From contig JBBQFN010000004.1 of assembly GCA_038321985.1 (NCBI GenBank), forward strand, positions 64,001-128,000: 64,000 bases of DNA, written 5' to 3'. Origin of the DNA: Cyanophyceae cyanobacterium (GTDB lineage: Bacteria > Cyanobacteriota > Cyanobacteriia > Cyanobacteriales > Laspinemataceae). Below the pieces are notes generated by a model. That model was not told where the DNA came from and did no database searches. It was given only the letters and a program-made list of their open reading frames with translations. Position 1 is the first letter of the stretch; the number at the start of each line of letters is the position of its first letter. A program made the position numbers and the translations under genes. Shown piece by piece: positions 48,105-59,849 of the stretch.

Positions 48105-50942
48105 TTAGCCTCGAAGCTGAAGGCGGTAGGGTAGGCGGACTGTAAATATTGAGCCGGATCCGATTTGACTTTCTACCGCGATCGCCCCGCCCATCATCTC
48201 ACAGAATCTCTGACCGATCGCCAGCCCTAGGCCAGTTCCCCCATACTTGCGGGTTGTACTCGGGTCGGCCTGAGTAAAGGCATTGAAAATCTGCTGGATC
48301 TGTTCTGAGGTCATGCCAATTCCGGTATCAATCACCCGAAATTCAATCCCGTCCAGGGAAGAATTCGGGGAAATTTCCCGATTCGAGATCGGTCTCACTT
48401 CTAAGCTAATTTTCCCATTTTCGGTGAACTTAGTCGCGTTGCTTAATAAGTTTAACAGCACTTGCCGAACTTTGTTTAAATCGGAATGCATTTGTCCTAG
48501 ATTCGGTGGACAGCTAACCTGAAGGGTATTTCCATTTTTTTGGACTAAGGGGTGAATAGTGGCTACCACGGAGTTGATCACCTGGTTTATCTCGAAGGTT
48601 TCCAGGTAAATTTCCATTTTACCCGCTTCAATTTTGGAAAGGTCCAGGATATCGCTAATTAGGGTTAAAAGATGCTTCCCGGCGAACTGAATTTTTTTGA
48701 GGTCCGGAATAAAATCAACGATACCCACCTCTTCGGCTTCTTCTTCCAGGATTTCACTATAACCGACGATCGCATTGAGTGGAGTCCGCAGTTCGTGGCT
48801 CATATTTGCTAAAAACATACTTTTAGCTTCGTTGGCCGCTTCAGCCGCTTCTTTGGCCTGATGTAACATGATTTCAGTTTGTTTGCGGCTGGTAATATCT
48901 CGGACGATGACGATAGTTTGATTTTTCAGCAGGGGCAGGAGGCGTGCTTCAAAATACTGTCGGTGATCGCTAATTTGTAAGGAGTATTCTCGATAGACTA
49001 AATTGTGCTTTTCTTTAACTTCATTTAGAGCTTCTGTAAAGGTTTGACTGACATTTGAGGGAAGAACTTCATTAATTTTACGCCCTAGAAATTGTTCCGG
49101 TGGCAGATAAAGGTCCGATACTTTTCCAGCTTGATAATCTAAAATTGTGGCATCGTTAGCGAGCTTAAAGTATAAATCCGGAAGGGCTTTAAAAATAGCT
49201 TGTAATTCGGAGGTGGTATGGTATAATTTTTCTTCATACTGTTTGCGCTCAGTGATATCCCGGGTGATAGAGACTACACAGGGAACTCCCTCTAAGACAA
49301 TGGATTCGCCACAGAATAGGCCAACTCGAATTTCCCCCGACTTCATGCGAAAGTGAATTTCGCGATCAATGACGCGACTGGAGCTTTGTAATTCTTGAAT
49401 GCAGACCCTTTGTTCAGCTTCATAGACCCAAATATTCAGATCCAGGGAGTTTTTGCCGATGACTTCAGCCCACTCAAAGCCGGACATTTCTAAAAAGCAA
49501 TCATTAACTTCAATATAGCGCCCTTCCCCTAGAGTGGTAATAGCGATCGCATCAGGACTGGCACGAAAGGCTTTAGAAAACTTTTCTTGGGAGACGCGCA
49601 GGGCTTCGCGAGCCCGTCGGCGATCAGTAATATCAGTTTGGGACCCGGCGAACCGATATGGGTTGCCCTCTGCATCCCGGACTGCCATCCCCCGTACCAG
49701 CATCCAGAGATAGAACCCATCTTGATGCAAGATCCGATATTCTGTTTGTAGGTGAGGGCTATCTCCTTGTAAGTGGGCTTCGATTTCTGCTTCCACTCGC
49801 TCCAAGTCATCGGGATGAATGCGGCTGAACCACACATCGGGATTTGAGCCAAGTTCGCCGGATTGACAACCGATCGCCGCCTTCCACCGAGGAGAAAAAT
49901 AAATTTCTTGGGTATTCAAATCCCAGTCCCAGATGCCATCATTTGCACCAGCAACGGTGATCGCATAGCGTTCCTGACTCTTCTGGAGGGCAGAGGTAGC
50001 GCGTTCGACGGCTAACTCCATTTCCCCCGGTTCTCGCACCCAGATAAAGGTACACAATCCACAAGAAAAGGCTAAAAAGCCACCGAGAGAGTATAACCAG
50101 CCGATGGGTGTATTCATGGGCCATCCGCCCAAGGGGATGGCGGCCATTTGCCAGGACCCGTTCGGTAAGGAGACATCCTGGACAACGGGGTTGCGGTCAA
50201 ACAGGGCTGGATCTCCGAAAAATACCGCCCCCTCGGACCCTAAACCATCTTGTCCGCGAATGGCGTACTCCAGAGGAATGGGGCTGGGAACAGGAGAACC
50301 CCTCAGCCTGGTGCTCCTCCCCGGAGGTTTGGCGATCGCGTTTGGGGGAGGAAGGAGTTTAGCATCGGTAAATAGCACCTCGGGTTGAATCACGATCGCA
50401 ACCAGACCCCAGTAAGCCCCATGATTAGCCGTATTCGGGGAATTTAGAAAAATGGGGGTACGGCTGACTAAGGCCGAACCTCCCTGAACTAAGGCCGTTG
50501 GACCTGCGACAACGGTACTTTTGCTATTGATGGTTTGTTGGACAATTTTCTGAGAAGGGGGATATTCCAGAAGGTTAAGACCCAGTGCACTTTCATGACC
50601 CTGTAGCGGATAAAGATGACTGAGAATATTATTTTTGGCAAGCTGAATATTCAGGATGCCCGTTTGTTGGGAGACCATGACTTGTGCAAGGCGCTCAAAT
50701 TGCTGAGGATCAACATCGGGATGATTAGAAACATAAGCAACCAGACCCCGAGTAATAAACAGTCGGGAGTTTAACGCGCTTTCGAGTTTAGCTCGTTTGG
50801 TACTGAGTTGGAGTAAGACATCGGAGCGAATTTTCTGGCGGTTTGCCTCGGTTTCAGACTTAGCCAGCGCCCAAACTCCGACTATAACTAAGCTAGCCGA
50901 ACATAAAGCCGCAATGTAAGGTGACAATCGCGATCGCATCAC
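48105..50942 (-). CDS. Sensor histidine kinase (CHASE, three PAS domains, HisKA, HATPase)
   Basis: TM-flanked CHASE-like domain (AGP..LVQGG), PAS/PAC motifs (IHPDD, RDITERK) and SHELRTPL. Confidence 0.9.
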   Translation of the reverse strand: MMRSRLSPYIAALCSASLVIVGVWALAKSETEANRQKIRSDVLLQLSTKRAKLESALNSRLFITRGLVAYVSNHPDVDPQQFERLAQVMVSQQTGILNIQLAKNNILSHLYPLQGHESALGLNLLEYPPSQKIVQQTINSKSTVVAGPTALVQGGSALVSRTPIFLNSPNTANHGAYWGLVAIVIQPEVLFTDAKLLPPPNAIAKPPGRSTRLRGSPVPSPIPLEYAIRGQDGLGSEGAVFFGDPALFDRNPVVQDVSLPNGSWQMAAIPLGGWPMNTPIGWLYSLGGFLAFSCGLCTFIWVREPGEMELAVERATSALQKSQERYAITVAGANDGIWDWDLNTQEIYFSPRWKAAIGCQSGELGSNPDVWFSRIHPDDLERVEAEIEAHLQGDSPHLQTEYRILHQDGFYLWMLVRGMAVRDAEGNPYRFAGSQTDITDRRRAREALRVSQEKFSKAFRASPDAIAITTLGEGRYIEVNDCFLEMSGFEWAEVIGKNSLDLNIWVYEAEQRVCIQELQSSSRVIDREIHFRMKSGEIRVGLFCGESIVLEGVPCVVSITRDITERKQYEEKLYHTTSELQAIFKALPDLYFKLANDATILDYQAGKVSDLYLPPEQFLGRKINEVLPSNVSQTFTEALNEVKEKHNLVYREYSLQISDHRQYFEARLLPLLKNQTIVIVRDITSRKQTEIMLHQAKEAAEAANEAKSMFLANMSHELRTPLNAIVGYSEILEEEAEEVGIVDFIPDLKKIQFAGKHLLTLISDILDLSKIEAGKMEIYLETFEINQVINSVVATIHPLVQKNGNTLQVSCPPNLGQMHSDLNKVRQVLLNLLSNATKFTENGKISLEVRPISNREISPNSSLDGIEFRVIDTGIGMTSEQIQQIFNAFTQADPSTTRKYGGTGLGLAIGQRFCEMMGGAIAVESQIGSGSIFTVRLPYRLQLRG

Positions 50943-50998
50943 TCTCTCATATATATATATTTAATTACCTGCAAGCTATGGATATGTTAATAAAGCAA

Positions 50999-51105
50999 TA
51001 TAGCGGTTTTTGGTCTCGTGAAATCCGGACGATCCCCCTAAATCCCCCTTCAAAAGGGGGACTTTGACCCCCAACCCGAACCTCAATAGCTTAAGAAACG
51101 CTATA
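50999..51105 (+). mobile_element. 107-bp MITE-like element, copy 1
   Basis: TATAGCG...CGCTATA ends and internal CCCCCTTCAAAAGGGGG palindrome. Near-identical inverse copy at 61388-61494. Confidence 0.85.
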
Positions 51106-51567
51106 TACCAGTTTTCACATTCATGAGGTACGTCTATTCGATGTCCCTTAGCCCCCCTTTTCACCCCTGGCTTGTCCCACATCCTAGGGAACAAGATGCA
51201 AGTGAACTCTGTGCCGGATCCGCTAACGTACGCCCCCAAAATGTACCTCATAACGGGAGGAACCGCTCTAGCTGATAGATTGGAGACCGCCTATAACTGA
51301 GCCTTGTTTCCTCCCTGATGCATCAGGATGGATCTCGATACTAGAGAGTTGGGCATTGTTAAGGGGGAAAAATTTTAGGGTTTCAAAGTTTTGCTTTCAT
51401 TACCTTATCCTATTTGTCCAAGTTCCCCAAGGAATTGTAGAGAGTTTGGGGGAAATAGTCTCAGGAGAATTTTAGGAAAGATTATTGAGTTTAAAAATGG
51501 TATTTAAAACTACTATTTATTGCGGAGGCTCATAATCAAATGCCTCCGCGATCGCCCGGTCATGTCT

Positions 51568-52581
51568 TTAGGGAAACAAATCCTGTCGCGGCTTAAACGT
51601 TTCCACCTGACGCAGTTTTTCGTAGAGTTCTCGTTCCTGTTCCGTAATCTCTTTCGGGACGGCAATTTGAATTTCTACGAGTTGGTCCCCCCGGTTACCA
51701 TCGCCGGTGGGGTAGCCCTTATTAGCAAGGCGCAGACGTTTGCCCGGGCCGACACCAGGGGGAAGAGTCATTTTCACTAATCCATCCAGGGTCGGGACTT
51801 CCACCGCGCCACCGAGGACCGCCTCACAGGGAGAGATGGGGAGTAGACAGGAGATATCAGTACCTTGAACATTGAAAAACCTGTGAGGGGCAACGGTAAT
51901 TTTTAAATACAAATCACCGCCATTCATACCTTGTCCACGTAGACGAATTCGCTGGCCCGTGACCATCCCAGGGGGCATCGTGACTTCCAGCGATCGCCCA
52001 TCTTCTAGGCGAATCCGTTCGCGACCCCCGGTATAAGCTTTTTCCAAGGGTAACGTCAATCGGGCTTCCACATCCCGGGGATTAGGACGCGCCGGAATGG
52101 TGTAGGCGGTTTTGCTGCTGCGGGGTTGAAACACATCGCGATCGCTGGCGGTTGCCGTTGTACCGACCCCGACTCCAGCCGTCCGCGCTTCCCGACGTCC
52201 GAGCAATTCATCTACAAAGCTGTCAAAATTGGCATATTCTGAGAAATTGCTGGAACTGCGATCGGGACTGGTTGTTTGGGCCCCCCCTGCAAAAGGGTTG
52301 CTACGACTGTTCCAAGCCGGGGGCCGGACCGCCGCCCGACCTTTAAATCCTTTCTTGCCCAAAAACCGACTAAATTCGTCGTATTGCGCCCGTTTGTTCG
52401 GGTCTGAGAGGACTTCATACGCTTCGCTGAGGTCTTTAAATTTTTCTTCAGCGGTTTTATTGCCCGGATTGAGATCCGGGTGATACTGCCTAGCCAGTCG
52501 CCGGTAGGCTTTTTTAATCGCCTCAGTGGAGGTTTCTTTCGTGACTCCGAGAATTTCGTAATAATTGCGCCAGTTCTGCAT
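51568..52581 (-). CDS. dnaJ: DnaJ-class co-chaperone without zinc finger (class B/CbpA-like)
   Basis: J domain with HPD and C-terminal DnaJ_C domain. Downstream of dnaK. Confidence 0.88.
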   Translation of the reverse strand: MQNWRNYYEILGVTKETSTEAIKKAYRRLARQYHPDLNPGNKTAEEKFKDLSEAYEVLSDPNKRAQYDEFSRFLGKKGFKGRAAVRPPAWNSRSNPFAGGAQTTSPDRSSSNFSEYANFDSFVDELLGRREARTAGVGVGTTATASDRDVFQPRSSKTAYTIPARPNPRDVEARLTLPLEKAYTGGRERIRLEDGRSLEVTMPPGMVTGQRIRLRGQGMNGGDLYLKITVAPHRFFNVQGTDISCLLPISPCEAVLGGAVEVPTLDGLVKMTLPPGVGPGKRLRLANKGYPTGDGNRGDQLVEIQIAVPKEITEQERELYEKLRQVETFKPRQDLFP

Positions 52582-52760
52582 ATCCGCGATTTTAGACGTT
52601 AGATTTTGGATTGTTATCGATTTGGGGGACAGACGACCTTGGAGTTAGGGGGGCGACTGCGGTTAGGTTGCCGCCGGATTGTGCGACGGGACCCTACCGG
52701 AACGTGCTCACCGTCACCAAAGGGCGATCGCAATCCAACATCGTTCGCGCACGCTTGATT

Positions 52761-54908
52761 TTACAGCCACTCTTCATCCTCGTCATCCCAATCTTCATCC
52801 TGGTAGGGATTATTGTAACGGCTTGGGCTACTTGTACCGGAGACTGAGGACCGCCCCCGTCGTCGGGGTCCTCGACTCTCACCGGGATAAATTTCTCGCG
52901 GTTGGGACCCTCGACTCTCGCCGGGATAAATTTCTCGCGGTTGGGCTCCTCGACTCTCGCCGGGATAAATTTCCCGCGGTTGCCGATAGGCTGTCTCAAA
53001 GAAATCATCCTTAACCGGTTCTCGTTCCGGTCGGTCTTCGGTAAAAGCACGGCGAATCGATCCGAAGATACTCTCTTCCTCTTCCGTCTCTTGAGTGCGC
53101 CGATAAATTTCCCGGTTGAGTTCGTAGACTGCATCTTGGAGGTCAGACTGGGCTATGTCTATTCCCCGTTCGTCCCCACGTTCTAAACTCTGGCGCAGGT
53201 CTCGGATGGCCGTTTCGATGCGTCCACGATGGGACGCGACAAATTGGATTCCATAATCCAAAGTAGCCTCTCGGAGTTGACGTTCGGCTTGATAAGCTAA
53301 CGCCTCAACGCGGTTGCGTTTCTCCACTCGTTCCCGGCGTTCGCGATCGACTTGGGCATATTCATCCGCTTCCTGAATCATGCGAATCACTTCGGATTCA
53401 CTGAGTGTAGATGCCCCCTGAATCACGACACTTTGCTCACGCCCGGTCATGCGGTCTAGGGCTGTCACCTGCAAAATTCCATTGGCATCTACATCAAAGG
53501 ATACTTGAATTTGGGGAACGCCCCGAGGTGCCGGAGGAATTCCGGTCAATTTAAACCGTCCGAGGGATTTATTATCGGCAACCATTTCCCGTTCCCCTTG
53601 GACGATGTGAATTTCTACCACGGTTTGATTGTTCTCCGATGTAGAAAAGATATCAGAACGCCGCACGGGAATGGTAGTGTTGCGCGGAATTAATTTTTTC
53701 ATCACCCCGCCAATGGTTTCGAGTCCCACGGAAAGCGGGGTCACGTCTAGCAGGAGGACGTCGCGGATTTCTCCAGCTAGAATACCCGCTTGGATGGCTG
53801 CACCTACGGCGACGACTTCATCGGGGTTAACGTTTTGATTCGGTTCGCGATCGATTAAGCTGCGGACCAGTTCTTTGACGAGGGGAATGCGGGTAGAACC
53901 GCCGACTAAGACGACTTCATCAATTTGGCCGGGGTTCATTCCTGCATCGGTGAATGCCCGCTTGAGGGGGATGCGAAGTCGTCGAATTAGGTCGCCACAG
54001 AGGGCTTCAAACTGCGATCGCGTTAGTTTGGTTTCTAGGTGTTTGGGTCCTTCAGCGGTGGCGGTGATAAAGGGTAAGTTCACGTCGGTGACTTGGACCC
54101 CAGAGAGTTCGATTTTGGCTTTTTCTGCTGCTTCAATCAACCGCTGCAAACTTTGGCGATCGCGTCGCAAGTCTACATCCTCAGCGGCTAAAAATTGCTC
54201 GGCCAGCCAATCTACAATTTTCTTATCAAAATCATTCCCCCCGAGTTGGGTATCCCCGGCGGTGGATTTAACCTCAAAAACTCCATCCCCGACTTCCAGG
54301 ATGGAAACGTCAAAGGTGCCACCCCCCAAGTCAAAGACGAGAATGGTTTTATAATCAAGCTGATCAAAGCCGTAGGCCAAGGAAGCCGCAGTCGGTTCAT
54401 TGATGATCCGCTTCACGTCTAACCCGGCAATACGTCCGGCGTTGCGAGTGGCCTGTCTTTGAGCATCGTTAAAATAAGCGGGAACCGTAATCACTGCACC
54501 CGTTACGGGTTCTCCCAGGTAGCGACTCGCTTCGTCTACCAGTTTTCGCAGAATCATCGCTGAGACTTCTTCAGCAGAGAAGTCTTTTTTCAGGCGAGGA
54601 CATTTGATTTTGATGTTGTCTTCTTCATCCCGTCGGATCGTGTAGGGAACTCGCTTGGAGTCCGGGGAAAGTTCGGCATAGCGGCGGCCCATAAACCGCT
54701 TCATGGCATAAAAGGTATTTTGAGGATTAAGCACGGCTTGCCGTCTTGCCATTTGGCCGACAAGCAGTTCTCCTTCTTTACTAAAACCGACCACGGAGGG
54801 AGTTGTCCGCGTTCCTTCTGCATTGGCAATCACCACCGGCTTGCCTCCCTCCATTACTGCGACCACTGAGTTTGTTGTCCCCAGGTCAATGCCGACTACT
54901 TTGCCCAT
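52761..54908 (-). CDS. dnaK: Hsp70 chaperone DnaK (DnaK3-like, extended acidic C-terminus)
   Basis: [26 protein letters not shown] and C-terminal [12 protein letters not shown]. Confidence 0.96.
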   Translation of the reverse strand: MGKVVGIDLGTTNSVVAVMEGGKPVVIANAEGTRTTPSVVGFSKEGELLVGQMARRQAVLNPQNTFYAMKRFMGRRYAELSPDSKRVPYTIRRDEEDNIKIKCPRLKKDFSAEEVSAMILRKLVDEASRYLGEPVTGAVITVPAYFNDAQRQATRNAGRIAGLDVKRIINEPTAASLAYGFDQLDYKTILVFDLGGGTFDVSILEVGDGVFEVKSTAGDTQLGGNDFDKKIVDWLAEQFLAAEDVDLRRDRQSLQRLIEAAEKAKIELSGVQVTDVNLPFITATAEGPKHLETKLTRSQFEALCGDLIRRLRIPLKRAFTDAGMNPGQIDEVVLVGGSTRIPLVKELVRSLIDREPNQNVNPDEVVAVGAAIQAGILAGEIRDVLLLDVTPLSVGLETIGGVMKKLIPRNTTIPVRRSDIFSTSENNQTVVEIHIVQGEREMVADNKSLGRFKLTGIPPAPRGVPQIQVSFDVDANGILQVTALDRMTGREQSVVIQGASTLSESEVIRMIQEADEYAQVDRERRERVEKRNRVEALAYQAERQLREATLDYGIQFVASHRGRIETAIRDLRQSLERGDERGIDIAQSDLQDAVYELNREIYRRTQETEEEESIFGSIRRAFTEDRPEREPVKDDFFETAYRQPREIYPGESRGAQPREIYPGESRGSQPREIYPGESRGPRRRGRSSVSGTSSPSRYNNPYQDEDWDDEDEEWL
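52870..52983 (-). repeat. Three 39-bp tandem repeats in the dnaK tail
   Basis: Encode [12 protein letters not shown](A/S/P). Units start at 52870, 52909 and 52948. Confidence 0.9.
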
Positions 54909-55517
54909 GCTGTTGTCTCCACCTCTCGTGTTTTACTGCTTGGATTAACAATAAAGTGATTTCGGGTTGGTTGGCTATTTGGAACTTTTTACAAGAAGCG
55001 ATCGCCACGGCCAGTGGCGACAGAACAGTTAACCCTGAGTTGCAATACCCAGGATCTTGCTTTCTGACTTTATTCTATCTTGCGTCAGCATTGTAGGGGT
55101 TTTGGCCTAGCTAAGGGCTACTCTACTATCCAATTGCTTAGGAGAATAACCTAAAACCGTCCCCTGACCGAGAGGGTGGGGTTGTTTGTAGTCGGTTTTC
55201 TGGGGGTAAACTAAAGATCGAGGAGTTGGGTCAATCGCCTCGGTGGAGGAGGTTGACACGAAAGCAAATACTTAGAGGTGTGAGGGGCGAAACTTGCCGA
55301 TTCCCCTGATCTTTGGTTGAGTCAGCAGATATTAAGCGCTTTTTACCCGTTCTGGGTTCAGAACTCTCCCTACTCTATTTTCCAAGTCAGGAGAATGGAG
55401 ACGGGAAGCAGGTTTGTCTGTGGGTTTAAAGAGGGCGATCGGCGGATTCACCGGAGGATAACAGGGCCACGGTAAGTCAGGAATCGACGTTAACGCATTG
55501 TTCCTAGGAGTTGGAAA

Positions 55518-55781
55518 ATGTCGTCGTTTGGATCTTTTCGCCTAAAAGCCCGGCCCGAACATATTCGGGCTGTAATCGAATCCTTGAAAAAACAAGATGC
55601 AGTCGCCCCCCAAGACCTTGCTAAAGTTTCGGGCTTGACTTTGACTCAAGTTAAATGTGTGCTCAATGAATTAGAAACCCGAGCAAAAATCAAAATTCTC
55701 CGTCGCGATTGTACCCCGCGCGTGCGAGTCACCTTAGTCAAGCGATTAAACTGCACCAGTACGGATTTCAAAATTGGTTAA
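55518..55781 (+). CDS. Small winged-helix DNA-binding protein (putative)
   Basis: AGGAG RBS and DLAKVSGLTLTQVKCVLNELE helix-turn-helix pattern followed by a beta wing. Confidence 0.65.
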   Translation: MSSFGSFRLKARPEHIRAVIESLKKQDAVAPQDLAKVSGLTLTQVKCVLNELETRAKIKILRRDCTPRVRVTLVKRLNCTSTDFKIG

Positions 55782-56182
55782 TCTGAGCAGCTAGGGAGGT
55801 CTTGATGTGGGCTTAAAGATTTTTGAACCCTTGGTTATCTAGGAGAATATCGCACAGAATGCGGCGTCGAAGGGACTTTACCTAGCTCGGCGTCGCCTCT
55901 TTTTTATGAAGGGTTTTTAAGGGGGCAGTCGCTTTTTAGGATGACCGACTCCCTTGGGTTATTAAGGTTATAGCATGACGACCTGCAATAACTAATAATT
56001 TCAGATTAATTAACAATTTTTTGGATGCAGTTCCTTCAATATGAGGTATAATCCAAAAAGCATTTACATTAACGGTGTCTTGGTGGTAACTTTTACCATT
56101 CTCAAAATCTAGTCTACTTTTTAAAGAGAAGTTAGAGCTTCCAAAGCTATCCGTTGCAATATTCTTTATTTTTTGCAGAACA

Positions 56183-56998
56183 ATGAATGCGGAATTATTT
56201 ATGAATCTTTCTAAGGTTAAAGCTGGACAGTTTCTTAACAAATTCAAACAAAGTATTCCGTCTTCTTTCAAGCGAAAAGGAAAAGTTACCCAACGATACA
56301 CCGCGGATTTAATCACAGGTAACCTGGGGAAATTTGTCAAATTTTCGCCACTTACACTGGGAGAGGTAGAATTATTTGAATCTCAAATCTCCATCCGTCA
56401 AGTCATCCCCAATAATAGTTACTTAGAAAATAAAAAGCATAATTTAGCAATGGCGATCGCCTGCATCGAAAATATCCCCATCAATCCCGGGAAAATCTTT
56501 TCATTTTGGCATTTAGTCGGAGAGCCCAGCCAACAAAAAGGATACCTAGAAAGTCGGGCGATCGTCAATAATCAACTGAAATATGATTTTGGTGGCGGGT
56601 TATGTCAGCTACCCGGACTCCTATATATTTTAATCCTCAAAGCCGGTTTAAATCCCCTAGAACGATATCCCCATTCCAAAGATATCTACACCGAAGAAAC
56701 CCGCTTCGCCCCCTTGGGTTCCGATGCCACCGTAGTTTATGGATACAAAGACTTTCGATTTCAAAATACCTTATCTGTTCCCTTCTGTTTCCGCTTCACC
56801 CTCCTCGATGAAGCCATTATCGCTGAACTCTGTTCCCCTCAAACCCTGAAAGAATTCAGCCTAGACTTTAAAGTAGAACAACTGCAAGGAGGAATTAAGC
56901 AAGTAGAAACCCTCCGCTATTCTCCAATGACAAACTACCCGGAGAAAATTGAGACGACAATTTATCCCCCCTTGGACCCCGATGCTTCTATTTTATAA
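56183..56998 (+). CDS. VanW family protein
   Basis: PGKIFSFWHLVG, GGGLCQ, ERYPHS and DATVVYGYKDFRFQN motifs. Start may be 56201. Confidence 0.85.
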   Translation: MNAELFMNLSKVKAGQFLNKFKQSIPSSFKRKGKVTQRYTADLITGNLGKFVKFSPLTLGEVELFESQISIRQVIPNNSYLENKKHNLAMAIACIENIPINPGKIFSFWHLVGEPSQQKGYLESRAIVNNQLKYDFGGGLCQLPGLLYILILKAGLNPLERYPHSKDIYTEETRFAPLGSDATVVYGYKDFRFQNTLSVPFCFRFTLLDEAIIAELCSPQTLKEFSLDFKVEQLQGGIKQVETLRYSPMTNYPEKIETTIYPPLDPDASIL

Positions 56999-57104
56999 TT
57001 TTTTCTAAAATAACCCGAGGCGAAGGAGATTTTTGCCCGAAGGATGAGATAATTCAGACTAGACCCCTATCAACCCCTATCTGACGTACACCCAGGTTTA
57101 AACT

Positions 57105-59801
57105 ATGTCAACTTCTGCGGAAAAACTTCATGCCTTTATCACCTACTGTCAGCAACATATCAAAGGGGACGAGAAGGGAGAGGCGCAAGTTTTTTTAGAC
57201 CGTTTCTTTCGAGCATTTGGTCATGAAGGTGCGCTAGAAGCAGGTGCGACTTATGAGGAACGAGTTAAAAAAGGCAGTAAAAAAGGGAAAACCGGCTTTG
57301 CGGATTTAGTGTGGAAACCTCGGGTTTTAATTGAAATGAAAAAACGGGGAGAAAAGCTGCATAAACATTATGCTCAAGCGTTCGATTATTGGACAAGATT
57401 AGTTCCCGATCGCCCTCGTTATGTCATTCTCTGCAATTTTGATGAATTCTGGATTTTTGACTTTGATATCCAGCTTGATACTCCCATTGATATTATTACT
57501 TTACTCCAATTACCCGAACGTGCCGGTGCTTTTACGTTCATGGAGTTGGAGAACCGAACCCCGGTTTTTAATAACAATCAAGTTGAAGTAACCGAACGCG
57601 CCGCCCGACGCTTAGGAGAGTTATTTGTAGAACTTAAGAAAACCGGCAATCGTCGCGGATTTAGTGAAGCTGTTGCTCAACGATTTATTCTGCAATGTGT
57701 GTTAGCTATGTTTGCAGAAGATAGGGGATTATTGCCCCGAGATTTATTTATTTCCTGCGTTCAAAACTGTTTAAATGGGGCAAGTTCCTACGATGTTCTG
57801 GGCGGATTGTTTCGAGAAATGAATGCACCGGGAATCACCAGTGCAGGACGATATAAAGGGGTAGATTATTTTAATGGGGGCTTATTTTCAGTGATTCATC
57901 CCATTGAATTAACCCAGGAAGAGTTACAATTTCTCGATGTTTCAGCGAGGGAGGATTGGAGTCAAGTCAGACCCGCAATTTTTGGTAACATCTTCGAGGG
58001 TTCTGTGAATCAAACGGAACGTCATACTTACGGAATTCACTACACCTCAGAAGCGGATATCATGAAAATTGTCCGCCCGACGATTAGTCGCTATTGGGAG
58101 GATAGAATCGAAGCGGCAACAACTATTCCCGAATTGAATGGGTTACAGATGCAATTGCAAAGCTATCGAGTGCTTGACCCCGCTTGTGGTTCGGGTAATT
58201 TCCTTTATATTGCCTATCAAGAATTGAAGCGCATCGAACAGCTATTACTCGAAAAAATAGCGGACCGTCGTAAGTCTCCTCGGGAACAATTGGAAATCGG
58301 TTTTGTGACGCCGCTACAGTTTTATGGCATGGATACTAATCCCTTTGCGGTGGAGTTGGCAAGGGTGACCCTGGCGATCGCCCGCAAGGTTGCGATCGAT
58401 AAGTTTGGCCTGACGGAAGACCCTTTACCCCTAGATACCTTAGATAAAAATATCGTCTGCCAAGATGCTTTATTTGCCGAATGGCCGAAAGTAAACGCTA
58501 TTATTGGAAATCCCCCCTTTTTAGGCGGTAAAAATTTAAGAATCAACTTAGGGGATGACTACATTGATCGCGTCTTTGGTCGCTTTCCAAATGTTAAAGA
58601 TTCGGTTGATTTCTGTGCATATTGGTTCCGGTTATCTCATGACAACCTCAACGATACAGGTCGGGCGGGATTAGTTGGCACTAACTCGGTCAGTCAGGGA
58701 AAAAGCCGCACTGCAACTTTAGAATATATTACCCAAAATGGCGGTTATATTCATGAAGCTGTTTCTTCCCAACCTTGGTCCGGTGAGGCCAAGGTTCATG
58801 TCAGCCTCATTAATTGGATGAAGGAAGAACCTCATCAATATTATTTAGATAATAGTCTCGTTTCTTCCATCAATTCTTCTTTACAATCTACCATTGATGT
58901 ATCTCAAGCAGTCAGACTGAATGCTAATAAAAATCGCTGTTTTCAAGGAGTAATTCCTGTGGGAAAAGGTTTTATTGTCAGTGAACAACAAGTCAAAAAT
59001 TGGATTCAAGCGAATCCAAAAAATAAAGAGGTTCTCAAACTTTTTTCAATGGGCGCAAATTTAGCTAAAAATAGCCACGGTAAACCGGATCGTTGGATTA
59101 TTGATTTTAGTAATATGCCAATTGAAGAGGCAAGCGATTATAATTTACCATTTCAACATATCGAAACTGATGTTAAGCCCGAACGGGAAAAAAATCGAGA
59201 AGCCGTTATGCGGGAAAAATGGTGGAGATTCAAAAGAACTAATGAGGCAATGAGAAAGGAGATCGCCTCTCTTTCTCATTATTTTACTGTTCCCCGAGTA
59301 TCAAAATGGGCCGTATTTATTCCATCTCCGTTAAATTGGCTACCGGGCGATAAATCTGTAGTGGTTGCCTCGGATGATTTTTATGTGTTTGGAATTTTAA
59401 CCTCAATTATCCATCGAACTTGGATGCACGCGCAAAAATCAACCCTAAAATCTGATATCGCCTACACTCACAACACCTGCTTTGAAAGATTCCCCTTTCC
59501 CCAAACACCTGACCCCAAACTGGTTAAATCCATTCGCGACACTGCACAAAAACTTCATGATTATCGCACCCAACAAATGGAATCTAAACAATTTGGAATT
59601 ACTCAACTGTATAATAAATTCTTTCACGAACCCACCAGCCAACTGTTTAAACTACACGCACAACTGGATAACCTAGTGATGGAAGCCTATCGCTTCCAAC
59701 CAACGGATGATATTTTAGAAAAATTGCTAAAATTAAATATAGAATTAGCCGACAAAGAATCCCGAGGTGAGTTTGTTTTAGGACCCCAGGCACCGGATTA
59801 A
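57105..59801 (+). CDS. Type IIG/IIL fused restriction-modification enzyme (MmeI-like)
   Basis: N-terminal ADLVW...IEMK nuclease motif, LDPACGSGNFL, IIGNPPFLG and C-terminal TRD with FPFP. Confidence 0.9.
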   Translation: MSTSAEKLHAFITYCQQHIKGDEKGEAQVFLDRFFRAFGHEGALEAGATYEERVKKGSKKGKTGFADLVWKPRVLIEMKKRGEKLHKHYAQAFDYWTRLVPDRPRYVILCNFDEFWIFDFDIQLDTPIDIITLLQLPERAGAFTFMELENRTPVFNNNQVEVTERAARRLGELFVELKKTGNRRGFSEAVAQRFILQCVLAMFAEDRGLLPRDLFISCVQNCLNGASSYDVLGGLFREMNAPGITSAGRYKGVDYFNGGLFSVIHPIELTQEELQFLDVSAREDWSQVRPAIFGNIFEGSVNQTERHTYGIHYTSEADIMKIVRPTISRYWEDRIEAATTIPELNGLQMQLQSYRVLDPACGSGNFLYIAYQELKRIEQLLLEKIADRRKSPREQLEIGFVTPLQFYGMDTNPFAVELARVTLAIARKVAIDKFGLTEDPLPLDTLDKNIVCQDALFAEWPKVNAIIGNPPFLGGKNLRINLGDDYIDRVFGRFPNVKDSVDFCAYWFRLSHDNLNDTGRAGLVGTNSVSQGKSRTATLEYITQNGGYIHEAVSSQPWSGEAKVHVSLINWMKEEPHQYYLDNSLVSSINSSLQSTIDVSQAVRLNANKNRCFQGVIPVGKGFIVSEQQVKNWIQANPKNKEVLKLFSMGANLAKNSHGKPDRWIIDFSNMPIEEASDYNLPFQHIETDVKPEREKNREAVMREKWWRFKRTNEAMRKEIASLSHYFTVPRVSKWAVFIPSPLNWLPGDKSVVVASDDFYVFGILTSIIHRTWMHAQKSTLKSDIAYTHNTCFERFPFPQTPDPKLVKSIRDTAQKLHDYRTQQMESKQFGITQLYNKFFHEPTSQLFKLHAQLDNLVMEAYRFQPTDDILEKLLKLNIELADKESRGEFVLGPQAPD

Positions 59802-59849
59802 ATAAAACCGAATCATGGTAAACTAGAGAGCCGATCGCCATTCTCAGGT

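Noticed and set aside
50976..51251. ORFs at 50976..51251 and 61347..61628 sharing the peptide FLKLLRFG.GVKVPLLKGDLGG
   Set aside because: The shared peptide is a translation of the 107-bp MITE, not a gene family.
53505..54422. Antisense ORFs over dnaK, and likewise over atpA, carB and apcE
   Set aside because: Typical shadow frames of conserved genes, fragmented and without independent support.
55936..56340. 134-aa minus-strand ORF
   Set aside because: Overlaps the VanW gene start, has no recognisable motif and no good start signal. It cannot be supported without a search.
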